Source: Bacteroidota bacterium (lineage in GTDB: Bacteria > Eisenbacteria > RBG-16-71-46 > SZUA-252). Taken from it: a stretch of 64,000 bases of DNA. Numbering within the stretch: position 1 is the stretch's first letter; each line of letters begins with the position of its first letter. The position numbers and the translations under genes are program-made. The stretch spans positions 6,442 through 70,441 of the forward strand of contig JBLMWD010000074.1 in the NCBI GenBank assembly GCA_050257045.1, read 5' to 3'. This document shows positions 36,933-47,186 of the stretch, piece by piece. The notes beneath the pieces were generated by a model, which made no database searches, had not been told where the DNA came from, and worked only from the letters and a program-made list of their open reading frames with translations.

Positions 36933-38036
36933 CTAGCTCCGTGCGCCCGCGGCACTCGCGAGCCGGGCGCGCAGCGATTGGGTGAAGTCGTAGAGCGCCC
37001 GGATCTGGTCGGACGTGAGGTCCCCGTTGGCGGGCATCATACCCCCCGAGAGGCCGTAGAGGATGACGCGCTGGAACGAGGCGGCGTCGCCGGAGAGCGG
37101 TCCCTGCGCGGCGAGGCTTCGGGTGGTGAGATAGACGTAGGGCGCCGACCCCATGATGCGCGTGCGCACGCCGCCCTGGCCCCACGGGCCGTGGCAGGAG
37201 GCGCAGCGCGCGGCGTAGAGCATCCCGCCCTCGCTCGAGTCGGCCGGCGCGCCCGTCATCGCCGCCGCGGCGGCCGGAGCCGGCCGCTGGGCGATCAGCG
37301 CCATCGCGCGTGCGATCGGGATCGTGTCGCCCGGGGCCGGGCCGGTCGCGACGGCCGTGCTCGCGCCCGCGCCGCCAGCCTTCTTGCCGCCGCCAAACTG
37401 GTCGAGCCACGCGAGGTCCTCGGGCTTGTCGGCTTCCTGCTTCGAGGGATTGAACGTGCGCACGTAGTGGGCCAGCGCGAAGCGGTCCTCGAGCGGGATG
37501 CCGGGGAACGGCGCCATGGCGGTTCCCGGCGAGCCGTTCGTGATCGTCTGCACGATGCGCGCGACGCCGCCGCCGTAGCGCCAGTATCCCGACGTGTAGT
37601 CGCGCGGCTTGGGATTGAGGGCGGACGCGGCCGGGCCGTCCCCCTTGCCGTCCGTGCCGTGGCACGAGGCGCAGTTCACGTCGAAGATGCTCTTCCCTTT
37701 CGCGATCAGCGCGGGGGTCGGCTTGAGGAGCGCCTGGACGTCGACCGACGCGGCCTGCTGCGTGCCGCCGCCGGCCGCGCCACCGGGCGCCGCGGCCTCG
37801 CCGCCGCCCTTTCCGGAGCGGAGCCCGGCCGTGTACATGAGGCCCGCCACGACGGCGATGACGACGCCGGTGAAGAGGAACTGCGCGATCGCGACCGTTC
37901 CCGGGAGCCGGTCGCGGTCGGGTGCTGCGGTGTGCCGCGGCGCGTCATGCCCCGCTCCGGCGGCGTGCTCGGTGGTTCCGACGATCCGGCCGGCCGAACC
38001 CGGCGCGGGCTCCTGCGGCGTCTGGTATTCGGTCAT
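36933..38036 (-). CDS. Membrane-anchored diheme cytochrome c
   Basis: ATG 38036 overlapping the actF stop; one TM helix; CASCH at 37659-37673 and 37191-37205, each followed by a candidate distal Met (GTAM, GGMMP). Confidence 0.88.
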   Translation of the reverse strand: MTEYQTPQEPAPGSAGRIVGTTEHAAGAGHDAPRHTAAPDRDRLPGTVAIAQFLFTGVVIAVVAGLMYTAGLRSGKGGGEAAAPGGAAGGGTQQAASVDVQALLKPTPALIAKGKSIFDVNCASCHGTDGKGDGPAASALNPKPRDYTSGYWRYGGGVARIVQTITNGSPGTAMAPFPGIPLEDRFALAHYVRTFNPSKQEADKPEDLAWLDQFGGGKKAGGAGASTAVATGPAPGDTIPIARAMALIAQRPAPAAAAAMTGAPADSSEGGMLYAARCASCHGPWGQGGVRTRIMGSAPYVYLTTRSLAAQGPLSGDAASFQRVILYGLSGGMMPANGDLTSDQIRALYDFTQSLRARLASAAGARS

Positions 38037-39244
38037 CCGTGGAACCTCACGCTCGACTCGTAGGCGGGGTCGCCGACCGGCGAGACCGGATGGCGCGAGA
38101 GGAACCCGAGCACGATCCAGCCGAAGAGGCCGAGGAAGCCGAGCGTGACGCCGATCTCGGTCCATCCGAAGACCACCTGCTCCGGCGAGAACGCCGGGAG
38201 GATCACCCAGTAGAGGTCGAGCCACTGTCCGATCAGGACGATGGAGCAGACCGCGATCAGCCAGTTCCCGCTCTCCTTCACCTTGACCGGCATCAGCGCG
38301 AAGAACGGAATGCCGAACTTGCAGACCATGAGAGCGATCCCGATCAAGCCCCATCCGGTGTACGTGCGCGGGATGAACCAGACCGTCTCCTCGGGCAGGT
38401 TCCCGTACCAGATGAGCATGAACTGGGAGAAGGCGATGTACATCCAGAAGATCGAGAAGGCGAAGACGTACTTCCCGAGGTCCTGGTAGTGGAACCGGCT
38501 CACGATCCCGGCGAGCGCGCCCTGGCGGCGCAGGAGGACCACGGCGATCGCGAGCGCGGCGAGCAGGCTCTGCCAGGCTCCCGCGAAGCAGTAGACCCCG
38601 AACATCGTGCTGTACCAGAGCGGCTCGAGCGACATCAGGAGGTCGAACCCCAGGAGCGTGAGCGTGACCGCGAAGAGCACGATGAAGATCGGCGCCACGC
38701 GGAGGCTCTTCTTCGTGAGCGCCGGGTCGCGCGTGGCGTCCTGGCGCGTCGAGTTCCGCACGAAGTACCAGGCGAAGAGGCTCCAGACCGCGAGGATCAC
38801 GAGGTTCCGGACCGTGAAGAACGGAACCGAGAGGTAGCCGCCCTTCGTGACGTGCTCCGCCGCGACGTCGGCTCCCACGGGAGGGTTCGACCAGACGTAG
38901 AGCTTCGGCACCCCCACGAGGAGGATCACGAAGAGGAGGAGCGCGTACGGCAGGTACGACGTGAAGGCCTCGGCCACGCGCCGGACCACCACGCTCCAGG
39001 TCGCACCGACCAGGTAGTGGAGCGCCGTGAAGAAGACGCCGGCGACGGCGAGGAAAAGGAAGTAGACGTAGCCGAGCAGGAACGCCGCGTAGGCGCGCGT
39101 CGCGTCGCCGCCGCCGTAGTACTCGATCAGGAAGCTCACGATCCCGAGCAGGATGAAGATCCCGAACATCGCCTTGATCCCGCCCGGAACGGCGAGCGGC
39201 TCCGCGGCGCGGACCGGGGCGGCGTGCGAAGCGTGGCCGCTCAT
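38033..39244 (-). CDS. actF: Alternative complex III membrane subunit ActF
   Basis: About 10 TM; MSLEPLWYSTMFG, DLGKYVFAFSIFWMYIAFSQFMLIWYGNLPEE. Confidence 0.92.
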   Translation of the reverse strand: MSGHASHAAPVRAAEPLAVPGGIKAMFGIFILLGIVSFLIEYYGGGDATRAYAAFLLGYVYFLFLAVAGVFFTALHYLVGATWSVVVRRVAEAFTSYLPYALLLFVILLVGVPKLYVWSNPPVGADVAAEHVTKGGYLSVPFFTVRNLVILAVWSLFAWYFVRNSTRQDATRDPALTKKSLRVAPIFIVLFAVTLTLLGFDLLMSLEPLWYSTMFGVYCFAGAWQSLLAALAIAVVLLRRQGALAGIVSRFHYQDLGKYVFAFSIFWMYIAFSQFMLIWYGNLPEETVWFIPRTYTGWGLIGIALMVCKFGIPFFALMPVKVKESGNWLIAVCSIVLIGQWLDLYWVILPAFSPEQVVFGWTEIGVTLGFLGLFGWIVLGFLSRHPVSPVGDPAYESSVRFHG

Positions 39245-39912
39245 CGTCCACTCCCGGCAACCGGGGCCGCCCCGGCCTGGGAGCTGTCCGCGGGCGCGGC
39301 CGCGGGCTTCGCCTTGGCCGGCAGATCCTGGGGCAAGGGGCGGGCCGCGCGCTGCAGCGCGCGCACGTACCAGATGACCGCCCAGCGGTCCTCGGGGAGG
39401 ATCTGCGACGCGTAGCTCGGCATGAGGTTCTGTCCCCGCGTGATGACGTGGAAGATCCGCGAGTCGGGCCAGTTCCGCACCTTGTCCGAGAAGAGGACCG
39501 GCGGCTGCGGGAAGATCGGGACGATGTACCCCTGCCCGTCCCCGCGCGGACCGTGGCAGACGACGCAGGTGTTCATGTAGACGCGCTGCCCGCGCCCGAT
39601 CACGTCGGGCGTCGGCTGGAGCGGATTGACCAGCGCCGCCATCGCCTGGGTCGTGTCGGCCTGGGCGAAGCGGTACGGCGTGATGTCGCGCGGCACGGTC
39701 CCCTCGACGGGAGGCCGCTCCACCGAATAGCCGGGACGGAGCGGGTCCTCGTGCTGCGCCGCGAGGCGCGGCCCGTAGGCCATGTTCGGCATGTACTCGA
39801 TCGCGGGCTGCCGCTTCGAGCAGCCGGCCGCGAAGGCGAGGGCCGCGAGGAGCAGCGCGCCGGCGGCGGCGTCCGCGCCGCGACGCGCGACCCGGGCTCG
39901 TCCGTTACGCAC
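39241..39912 (-). CDS. actE: Alternative complex III monoheme cytochrome c lipoprotein ActE
   Basis: Lipobox AAG-C; YMPNMAY, PVEGTVPR, CVVCHG, GQNLMPSYA, DRWAVIWYVRALQ. Confidence 0.9.
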   Translation of the reverse strand: MRNGRARVARRGADAAAGALLLAALAFAAGCSKRQPAIEYMPNMAYGPRLAAQHEDPLRPGYSVERPPVEGTVPRDITPYRFAQADTTQAMAALVNPLQPTPDVIGRGQRVYMNTCVVCHGPRGDGQGYIVPIFPQPPVLFSDKVRNWPDSRIFHVITRGQNLMPSYASQILPEDRWAVIWYVRALQRAARPLPQDLPAKAKPAAAPADSSQAGAAPVAGSGR

Positions 39913-40444
39913 GGATCACCCGCACGTCGGTGGCGCCCGTGGACTGGAGGAACTGCAGCGCCCGGCTCTCGTTCCACCCCGGTCCGACGTCCGGGAGGAA
40001 GAGCGCGAAGCGGTCGTCCGTGAGCGAGCGGTCGAGGATCGGCGCCCCCAGGTTCGGGAGCCCGCACGCGATCAGCAGCGCCGCGAGCGTCATCGTGCCC
40101 CCGATCAGCACCCCCGACTCGAACATGACCGGGATGAACGCCGGGAGGGAGACGAACGGCTTCCCGCCGACGTTGATCGGCCAGTCGATCGCCGACGTCC
40201 AGATCTCGAAGGTGAGCCCCAGGATCGCTCCGGAGAGTCCCATCACCAGCGTGACGTACGGCACCCACGACTTCTTGATGCCGAGCGCCTCGGAGAGGCC
40301 GTGCACCGGATAGGGCGTGAACGCGTCGGCGTTCCGGAAGCCGTGCTCCCGGACGCGCGCAGCGGCGCCGAGGAGCGTGTCGGGATTGTCGTAGAGAGCG
40401 AGCACCCCGCGGAGCGGCTTCGGCTTGCGGAAGAGGTCAAACAT
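39905..40444 (-). CDS. actD: Alternative complex III subunit ActD (DUF3341)
   Basis: [31 protein letters not shown]. Confidence 0.92.
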   Translation of the reverse strand: MFDLFRKPKPLRGVLALYDNPDTLLGAAARVREHGFRNADAFTPYPVHGLSEALGIKKSWVPYVTLVMGLSGAILGLTFEIWTSAIDWPINVGGKPFVSLPAFIPVMFESGVLIGGTMTLAALLIACGLPNLGAPILDRSLTDDRFALFLPDVGPGWNESRALQFLQSTGATDVRVIRA

Positions 40445-41894
40445 GGGCGCCCTCCCGCTCGGGCGGATGCGGCGCCGGGGGCGCCATCCCCGCCCGATGC
40501 TTCGACGTCCAGAGGACCGACTTCACCTCGGCGATCGAGATCGTCGGGAAGAAGCGGCAGAAGAGCAGGAACCACATGAAGAAGAACCCGAACGATCCGG
40601 CCGTCACGGTCCAGTCGAACACGGTCGGCTTGTAGTACGACCAGTTCACCGGCAGGAAGTCGCGGTGGAGCGACGTCACGATGATGTTGAACCGCTCGAA
40701 CCACATCCCGATGTTCACGCAGATCGAGACGGCGAACATGATCGGGAGGCTCCGGCGGAGGCGGCGGAACCAGAAGAGCTGCGGGATGATCACGTTGCAG
40801 GTGATCATCGTCCAGTAGGCCCAGGCGAACGGCCCCGTGGCGCGGTTGATGAACGTGAACGCCTCGAACTGGTTCCCGCTGTACTGCGCGATGAAGAACT
40901 CGGTGGCGTACGCATAGCCGACCATCATCCCCGTGACCAGGATGATCTTGTTCATGTTCTCGAGGTGATGGATCGTCACGTATTCCTGGAGACGGAAGAC
41001 CTTGCGCAGGATCACGAGGAGCGTGACCACCATCGCGAACCCGGAGAAGATGGCTCCGGCCACGAAGTAGGGCGGGAAGATCGTCGTGTGCCAGCCCGGG
41101 AGGATCGCCGTCGCGAAGTCGAAGGAGACCACGCTGTGCACCGAGAGCACGAGCGGCGTCGAGAGGCCCGCGAGCATCATGTAGGCGCGCTCGTAATGCT
41201 GCCAGTGCCGCTCCGAGCCGCGCCATCCGAGCGAGAGGACTCCATAGATCGCCCGCTTCCAGCCGCTCGAGCGATCGCGGATCGTCGCGAAGTCGGGAAT
41301 CAGCCCCGTGTACCAGAAGCAGAGGGAGATCGTGAAGTAGGTGCTCACCGCGAAGACGTCCCAGACGAGCGGCGAGCGGAAGTTCACCCAGAGGAAGCGC
41401 CAATTCGGGTACGGCACGAGCCAGTAGGCGAACCAGGGGCGCCCGGTGTGGATGAGCGGGAAGAGCCCCGCGGTCATGACCGCGAAGATCGTCATCGCCT
41501 CCGCCGAGCGGTTGATCCCGGTGCGCCACCGCTGGCGGAAGAGGTGGAGGATCGCCGAGATCAGCGTGCCGGCGTGTCCGATGCCGATCCAGAAGACGAA
41601 GTTGGTGATGTAGACGCCCCACCCGACGGGGTGGTTGATCCCGAGGATCCCGAGCCCCTTGTTGATCTGGTACGTCACCGTCGCGGCCATCGCGAGGAAG
41701 AGGAGCACCGAGATGCTGAAGAAGACGAGCCAGAGCGGACCCGGCTTCGTGTCGATCGGCGCGCTCACCTCGGTGGAGACGTCGGAGAAGCTCTTGCGCG
41801 GGTCGATGAGGAGCGGCTCGGCGAGCGGCAGCACGGGCTCGGTGAGCGCCGGCGCCCCGGTCCGCAGTTCTTCGGCGGCGGTCGTGGGGTTCAC
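40437..41894 (-). CDS. actC: Alternative complex III quinol-oxidising subunit ActC (NrfD/PsrC family)
   Basis: [58 protein letters not shown]. Confidence 0.95.
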   Translation of the reverse strand: MNPTTAAEELRTGAPALTEPVLPLAEPLLIDPRKSFSDVSTEVSAPIDTKPGPLWLVFFSISVLLFLAMAATVTYQINKGLGILGINHPVGWGVYITNFVFWIGIGHAGTLISAILHLFRQRWRTGINRSAEAMTIFAVMTAGLFPLIHTGRPWFAYWLVPYPNWRFLWVNFRSPLVWDVFAVSTYFTISLCFWYTGLIPDFATIRDRSSGWKRAIYGVLSLGWRGSERHWQHYERAYMMLAGLSTPLVLSVHSVVSFDFATAILPGWHTTIFPPYFVAGAIFSGFAMVVTLLVILRKVFRLQEYVTIHHLENMNKIILVTGMMVGYAYATEFFIAQYSGNQFEAFTFINRATGPFAWAYWTMITCNVIIPQLFWFRRLRRSLPIMFAVSICVNIGMWFERFNIIVTSLHRDFLPVNWSYYKPTVFDWTVTAGSFGFFFMWFLLFCRFFPTISIAEVKSVLWTSKHRAGMAPPAPHPPEREGAHV

Positions 41895-44800
41895 GCGTTC
41901 GCCTCCTCGCGGTTCCGGACCTTGGTCATGTAGGTGATCGAGGGGAGCGTGTTCAGGTCGGCGAGCACGGTGTAACCCCGCTGGTTCTTCGCCATCCCCG
42001 CGACATGGCTCTTCGCGTCGTTCTGGTCGCCAAACGTGATCGCCTGGGTCGGGCAGGTCTGCTGGCAGGCGGTGACGATGTCCCCCTCCTGCACGGGGAT
42101 GTTCAGCGCCTTCGCGCGCTCCTTCGCGTCACGGATCCGCTGCACGCAGAAGGTGCACTTCTCCATGATCCCCTTCGTGCGCACGGTCACGTCGGGGTTC
42201 AGCACGAGCCGGAGCGACTTGGGCTTGTCGGTGTAGTCGAACCAGTTGAACCGGCGCACCTTGTAGGGGCAGTTGTTGGAGCAGTAGCGCGTCCCGACGC
42301 AGCGGTTGTAGACCTGGATGTTGAGGCCCTCGCTCGAGTGCACCGTGGCGAGCACCGGGCAGACCGTCTCGCACGGCGCGTTCTCGCACTGCTGGCAGAG
42401 CATCGGCTGGTAGACCGTCTCCGGATTCTCCGCCGGGCCCGAGTAGTAGCGGTCGATGCGGAGCCAGTGCATCTCGCGCCCCTTCAGCACGACGCTCTTC
42501 CCCACCGCGGGGACGTTGTTCTCCACCATGCAGGCGATCATGCAGGCGCTGCACCCGGTGCAGGCGTTCAGGTCGATCGCCATGCCCCACTTGTGCCCGG
42601 GGTACTTGTGCCGCGTCCACATCGAGGGAAGGAGCTCGCCCCCCTCGTTCCCCGCCCCCGGGTCGCGCTGCCACTCGGAAAACGTGGTCTCGTAGATGAT
42701 CGGGCGCCCCTCGGTGTACTGGTGCCCCTGGACGCAGGCCATCTTCGCGATCCGCCCGGTCCGCGTGACGCGCACGGGGATGCCCGCGAGGCCCACGCGA
42801 CCGGCGGTCGCTTCGGCGAGGGCGAATCCGTTCTGCCCGACCTTGTCGCCGACCACGCCCGACCCGGTCCGGCCGTAGCCGAGGGGGATCGCGACGACGT
42901 CATCGTGGAGGCCGGGCTGGACGTGGACCGGGAGGTCGAACCGGGCGTGTCCCACGTCGATCGTGACCACGTCGGACTTCATCTCGTATTCGGCGACGCC
43001 GAGCTGGCGCGCGCGGTTGGGCGAGATGGCCGCGAAGTTGTCCCAGACGATCTTCGAGACCGGGTCGGGCAGCTCCTGGAGCCAGGCGTTGTTCGCGCTC
43101 CGTCCGTCGGCGAGCGTGTTCGACGGATAGAGGACGAGCGTGAGGGCTCCGTTCGTCGGCGCGTTCCCCGTCGGGAGCGCCGCCGGAATGCCGGCCGCCT
43201 TCGGCGAGCGCGTCGTACCGCCCCGCTCGTTCTCCTCGCCGCGCGCGATCACGCCGGCCCGGAGCGCCCCTTCCCAGAAGAGGTCGAACGGGGCAGCGGC
43301 GCCAGCGCCGGGATAGACCTGGGTCCGCCACCGCTCGCGCAGGTACTCGTGGTAGGAGCCGGCCGTCTCCGCCAGCGGCCCGCGGCCGAGATAGCGCGAC
43401 CACGCGAGGAGCGAGTCCTGGAACGAGCGCACGTCGTAGAGCGGCGCGATCGCGGGCTGCATCAGCGAGACGACGCCCGCGCGCGGCGCGTGGTCGTCCC
43501 ACGATTCGAGGTAATGGGTGACCGGCGCCACCACGTCGGCGAGCCGCGCCGTCTCGTCCGCCCGGTCGGACATGCTCGCGATGAACGGGACCCGCTTCGC
43601 CGCGTCCGCGAAGCCGACCGCGGCCGGGAGCGAGTACGCCGGGTTCGTGCCGTAGACGAGGAGCGCCTGGATCTCGCCGGCGCGCATCCGCTCGACCAGC
43701 CGGAGCATATCCTCGTCGGAGCCGAGCGTCGCGCCCGAGGGGCGCGAGGCGTCGACGGTGATCCCCTCGTTCCCGAGGGCGCTGTTGATCACGTTCGCCG
43801 CGACCTGGAGCGCCACCGCGTGGGCCGCCGGCGCCGCGTTCGGATCGGCGAGAACGAGGCTTCGCCCGCGCGACTGCGAGAGCTCGTCCGCGATCGAGGC
43901 GATCGTCCCGGCCGGCAGGTCGGCGGCGGACTCGACGGCGTCGGCGGTGTAGCCGCCCCCGGCCGAGCCGGCGCCCACGGCGCCGTGCGCGCCGAGCCGG
44001 TCGGCGAGCGCCATCGCGAACGGATAGAGCTGGTCGGGACGGACGCGGACGCGCCGGTCGGCGTTCGTGCCGGTCAGGGTCAGGATCGACTCCACCGCGA
44101 TCACGCGCGACATCGGCCCCGACTCCGGCCGGCGGCGCTTCGCGAAATCGCGGTTCTGCTCGACCGTCGAGAGGAACGTGCCGAGCGGGTCGGCGCCGAG
44201 CGTCACGAGGACGTCGGCCTTGTCGAGCCGGTAGCGCGGCACCGCGCGCTCGCCGTACGTCGTCTCGCTCGCGCGCGCCACCGCGTCGTTGGAGACGCCC
44301 TCGTAGGCGACGTGCTCGGCCGACGGGAAGCCGGCGAGGAAATCGTGGATCAGGGCCTGCGTCGAGGGGCTCGCCATGGTGCCGGTGAGGAGGACGATCC
44401 GCCCGCCGCCGTCACGCGCGCGGCGGAGTCCGACCGTCACGCGCTTGTCGCAGGGCCCCCATCCGACGGAGGTGGTCTTCCCCGTGGCGCGGTCGACCGT
44501 GACCGGGCCTTTCAGGCGGTCGGGGTCGTAGAGGTTGATCACCGACGCCTGCCCGCGCGCGCACAGCGTGCCGCGGTTCACCGGATGGTCCGGATTCCCC
44601 TCGAGCTTGATCGGGCGCCCCTCGCGCGTCTTCACGAGGAGGCCGCATCCATTCGCGCACTCGCCGCAGGTGGAGGCGTAGTAGACCGGGTTCCCGGGCG
44701 ACATGTCCTCGGGCGCCTTCACGTACGGGAGGATCTTCTCGATGGGCTTTCGCGCGCAGCCGGCGGCGAGGAACGTCGCGCCGACGCCCACGAGCTTCAG

Positions 44801-44941
44801 GAAGTCGCGCCGCGAGGGCGCCGTGACCTCTTCCGAGGGGGTCAGGAATTCCTGGCTGCGAAGCTCCTCGACGCGCGGGGAACCCTCCAGCTCCTCGACC
44901 GTGGACCAGTGCTTCGGAGGGCGTCCGTCTACATGTGGCAT
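41891..44941 (-). CDS. actB: Alternative complex III subunit ActB (molybdopterin-oxidoreductase-like domain plus Fe-S domain)
   Basis: Start re-called to ATG 44941; Tat motif SRRDFLK then AAG-C; C-terminal [43 protein letters not shown]...CQQTCP. Confidence 0.93.
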   Translation of the reverse strand: MPHVDGRPPKHWSTVEELEGSPRVEELRSQEFLTPSEEVTAPSRRDFLKLVGVGATFLAAGCARKPIEKILPYVKAPEDMSPGNPVYYASTCGECANGCGLLVKTREGRPIKLEGNPDHPVNRGTLCARGQASVINLYDPDRLKGPVTVDRATGKTTSVGWGPCDKRVTVGLRRARDGGGRIVLLTGTMASPSTQALIHDFLAGFPSAEHVAYEGVSNDAVARASETTYGERAVPRYRLDKADVLVTLGADPLGTFLSTVEQNRDFAKRRRPESGPMSRVIAVESILTLTGTNADRRVRVRPDQLYPFAMALADRLGAHGAVGAGSAGGGYTADAVESAADLPAGTIASIADELSQSRGRSLVLADPNAAPAAHAVALQVAANVINSALGNEGITVDASRPSGATLGSDEDMLRLVERMRAGEIQALLVYGTNPAYSLPAAVGFADAAKRVPFIASMSDRADETARLADVVAPVTHYLESWDDHAPRAGVVSLMQPAIAPLYDVRSFQDSLLAWSRYLGRGPLAETAGSYHEYLRERWRTQVYPGAGAAAPFDLFWEGALRAGVIARGEENERGGTTRSPKAAGIPAALPTGNAPTNGALTLVLYPSNTLADGRSANNAWLQELPDPVSKIVWDNFAAISPNRARQLGVAEYEMKSDVVTIDVGHARFDLPVHVQPGLHDDVVAIPLGYGRTGSGVVGDKVGQNGFALAEATAGRVGLAGIPVRVTRTGRIAKMACVQGHQYTEGRPIIYETTFSEWQRDPGAGNEGGELLPSMWTRHKYPGHKWGMAIDLNACTGCSACMIACMVENNVPAVGKSVVLKGREMHWLRIDRYYSGPAENPETVYQPMLCQQCENAPCETVCPVLATVHSSEGLNIQVYNRCVGTRYCSNNCPYKVRRFNWFDYTDKPKSLRLVLNPDVTVRTKGIMEKCTFCVQRIRDAKERAKALNIPVQEGDIVTACQQTCPTQAITFGDQNDAKSHVAGMAKNQRGYTVLADLNTLPSITYMTKVRNREEANA

Positions 44942-45444
44942 GTGTTGCACTCCGTCGAGGCCTTGTTCTGGCGGTGGCACTGGATGCACCACCCCATCTT
45001 CAGATTCGCGTACTGCCGCACCTCGTCCTCGGTCTCGACGGGTCCGTGGCACTTCTGGCAGGTGAAGCCCTTCGCCACGTGCCAGCGGTGGCTGAAGTAG
45101 ACGTAGTCGGGGAGGCGGTGGATCCGGACCCACGGGACCGGCTTGTCGGCCTGGTAGAGCGCCGTGAGCTCCTTGATCGCGGGGCGGTCCGTGCGCGCCA
45201 CGGTGTGGCAGTTCATGCAGACGTTCATCGAGGGCACGGTGGCGTGCCGCGAGTGCTCGGCGCTCGAGTGGCAGTAGAGGCAGGGGATCTTCCGCGTGCC
45301 TGCGTGCAGCTTGTGGCTGAAGGCGATCGGCTGCTTCGGCATGTAGCCGACGTTCGAGAACGAGTCGAAGAACGCCCACGCCCCCACGGCCAGCAGAACC
45401 AGGACGAGAAGCGGCAATAACCTTCTTGAGCTCTGTTCGCTCAC
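44929..45444 (-). CDS. actA: Alternative complex III pentaheme cytochrome c ActA
   Basis: One N-terminal TM; QPIAFSHKLHAG; five CXXCH (CLYCH, CMNCH, CQKCH, CIQCH, CNTCH). Confidence 0.95.
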   Translation of the reverse strand: MSEQSSRRLLPLLVLVLLAVGAWAFFDSFSNVGYMPKQPIAFSHKLHAGTRKIPCLYCHSSAEHSRHATVPSMNVCMNCHTVARTDRPAIKELTALYQADKPVPWVRIHRLPDYVYFSHRWHVAKGFTCQKCHGPVETEDEVRQYANLKMGWCIQCHRQNKASTECNTCHM

Positions 45445-45505
45445 GCCTCTGACGTGCCTCGTAGTTCGTTCGAATGCGCGAAGAAAGGCCCGAAGCAGAA
45501 TTTGA

Positions 45506-45527
45506 GTTTGTGAATAGTGTCACCAAC
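45506..45527. promoter_or_regulatory. Palindromic Rex- or CRP/FNR-like operator upstream of actA
   Basis: TTGTGAA-TAGT-GTCACCA (12/14 to the Rex consensus TTGTGAA-N4-TTCACAA; 9/10 to CRP TGTGA-N6-TCACA) in an AT-rich patch. Confidence 0.55.
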
Positions 45528-45825
45528 TTTTGCCAAGGTCAAGCCGATTGCGTGAGATAGAACATGCCTGAGCGCGATGAGCATCACCCCGACGAGGCGC
45601 TCGAAGAAGGCGCGGTATCCCGGGAGCGCGGCGCGCACGACGCTTCGCTCGCGCGTCACGATCGTGCTCATCGCGACGATATGATCGCCGTCGAGCGCGT
45701 GGCGCATTCCCGGCGCGAAGCCGAGAAGAAGCGGCGCTCTGCCAAAGTCCGCGGAGAACATTCGCGGCAGGATAGGCGACGATTCCGGTGATGCCAAAGG
45801 TTTTGTGGGGTGCGTGACGGCGGGC

Positions 45826-45831
45826 TATACT
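45826..45831 (+). promoter_or_regulatory. Putative -10 box TATACT 8 nt before menF GTG
   Basis: Leaderless-type spacing; supports a start at 45840. Confidence 0.55.
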
Positions 45832-45839
45832 CGCGCGCC

Positions 45840-47186
45840 GTGGCCTCTTCGACGACTCCCTCCGAGTCCCGCGCGCTCGACCTGCGGGCCCCTTTGAACA
45901 GCCTCGTTTCCCCGGCTGCGACCGCGGGGGCCGAGATGGTGGCGCCCGCGCTTTGCGGCCGCGCGGAGCCGCTCGGGGGATCCGAAGCCGACTGGCTGAA
46001 CGAGCTCCCTTCCGGCACGGGCCGGACCGCCGCGCTCAGGGAGCGGCTCGCGGGAGCGGACCCCGCGTTCGTCTACGTCACCCCCGACGGGGAGACGATC
46101 GCCGCGTTCGGAACCGTGGCCCGCTTCGAGGCTTCCGGGCCGGGCCGGTTCCAGACCGCGCGGCGCTGGTTGGACGGCCTCGCGGCCGCAGCGGAGGGGG
46201 ACGCCCCTCCCGTCGCCGTGGGCGGCTTCTCGTTCGTCGAGGGCTCGGCCGGATCGCCGGCGGGATTCGGCGACGCGGTCTTCGTCGTCCCGGCCGAGCT
46301 CTGGTGGAGCGGCGAGCCGGCGCGGCGGATCACGTGGAGGCGCCTCGACGGCGCCGCGGAGGGGGGGCGCGCCGCGCGCGCGCTCGCGCGCCCGAAGCTC
46401 CCCGAGTGGACGGAGGCGGACTGGGCGTCGGGCGTCCGGCGCGTCCTCGACCTCATCGAGTCGGGCGAGCTCGACAAGGCGGTCCTCGCCCGGGCGGTCT
46501 CCATCGAGCGTCCCGATCCGATCGACCCGGCGGGCGTCTTCGAGAGCCTCGCGAGGGAGCATCCGGGCTGCTTCCGGTTCCTCTTCCGCCCCTCCGGCGA
46601 GGCCGCGTTCGTGGGCGCGAGCCCGGAACGGCTCGTCTCCTGCCGCGACGGGGTGGTGGTCTCCGACGCGGTCGCCGGCACCGCCGCGGACGGGGCGCTC
46701 CTCACGAGCGCGAAGGACCGGAGCGAGCACGACTTCGTCGTGCGGCACATCGTCGAGGCGCTCGCGCCGCTGACGCGTTCGATCCGCGCCGACGCCGAGC
46801 CCTCGCTCCAGCACCACCGCCGGCTCACGCACCTCCGCACCCGCGTGGCGGGAACGGCGGCCGCGGGCGCCCACGTTCTCGATCTCGTCGAGCGCGTGCA
46901 TCCGACCCCGGCGGTGGCGGGCTCGCCTCCGGCGGCGGCGCTCGAGACGATCCGGTCGCTCGAGCCGGCGCACCGCGGATGGTACGCGGGCGCGATCGGG
47001 TGGATGCGCGGGGACGGCGCCGGCGATTTCGCGGTCGGGATCCGCTCCGCTCTCCTCCACGGCCGCTCGGCCGTACTCTTCGCCGGCGCGGGGATCGTGG
47101 CGGGCTCCGATCCCGCCGCCGAGTGGGCGGAGACCGAGGTGAAGCTCACGGTCATGCGGGAGGCGATCGACGATGCCGCGCGTTGA
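45840..47186 (+). CDS. menF: Isochorismate synthase
   Basis: KAVLAR, FVGASPERL, DAVAGT, KDRSEH, HPTPAVAG, HRGWYAG, FAGAGIVAGSDP..EWAET..K; first gene of the men operon. Confidence 0.88.
   Translation: MASSTTPSESRALDLRAPLNSLVSPAATAGAEMVAPALCGRAEPLGGSEADWLNELPSGTGRTAALRERLAGADPAFVYVTPDGETIAAFGTVARFEASGPGRFQTARRWLDGLAAAAEGDAPPVAVGGFSFVEGSAGSPAGFGDAVFVVPAELWWSGEPARRITWRRLDGAAEGGRAARALARPKLPEWTEADWASGVRRVLDLIESGELDKAVLARAVSIERPDPIDPAGVFESLAREHPGCFRFLFRPSGEAAFVGASPERLVSCRDGVVVSDAVAGTAADGALLTSAKDRSEHDFVVRHIVEALAPLTRSIRADAEPSLQHHRRLTHLRTRVAGTAAAGAHVLDLVERVHPTPAVAGSPPAAALETIRSLEPAHRGWYAGAIGWMRGDGAGDFAVGIRSALLHGRSAVLFAGAGIVAGSDPAAEWAETEVKLTVMREAIDDAAR

Noticed and set aside
44942-45526. N-terminal extension of ActB or an actA-actB fusion suggested by the 1211-aa ORF
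   Set aside because: The extension is an off-frame read of actA; the ActB-like sequence with the Tat motif begins near 44941.
45441-45797. 118-aa ORF in the actA-menF intergenic region
   Set aside because: No recognisable motif or RBS; overlaps the likely promoter and operator region.
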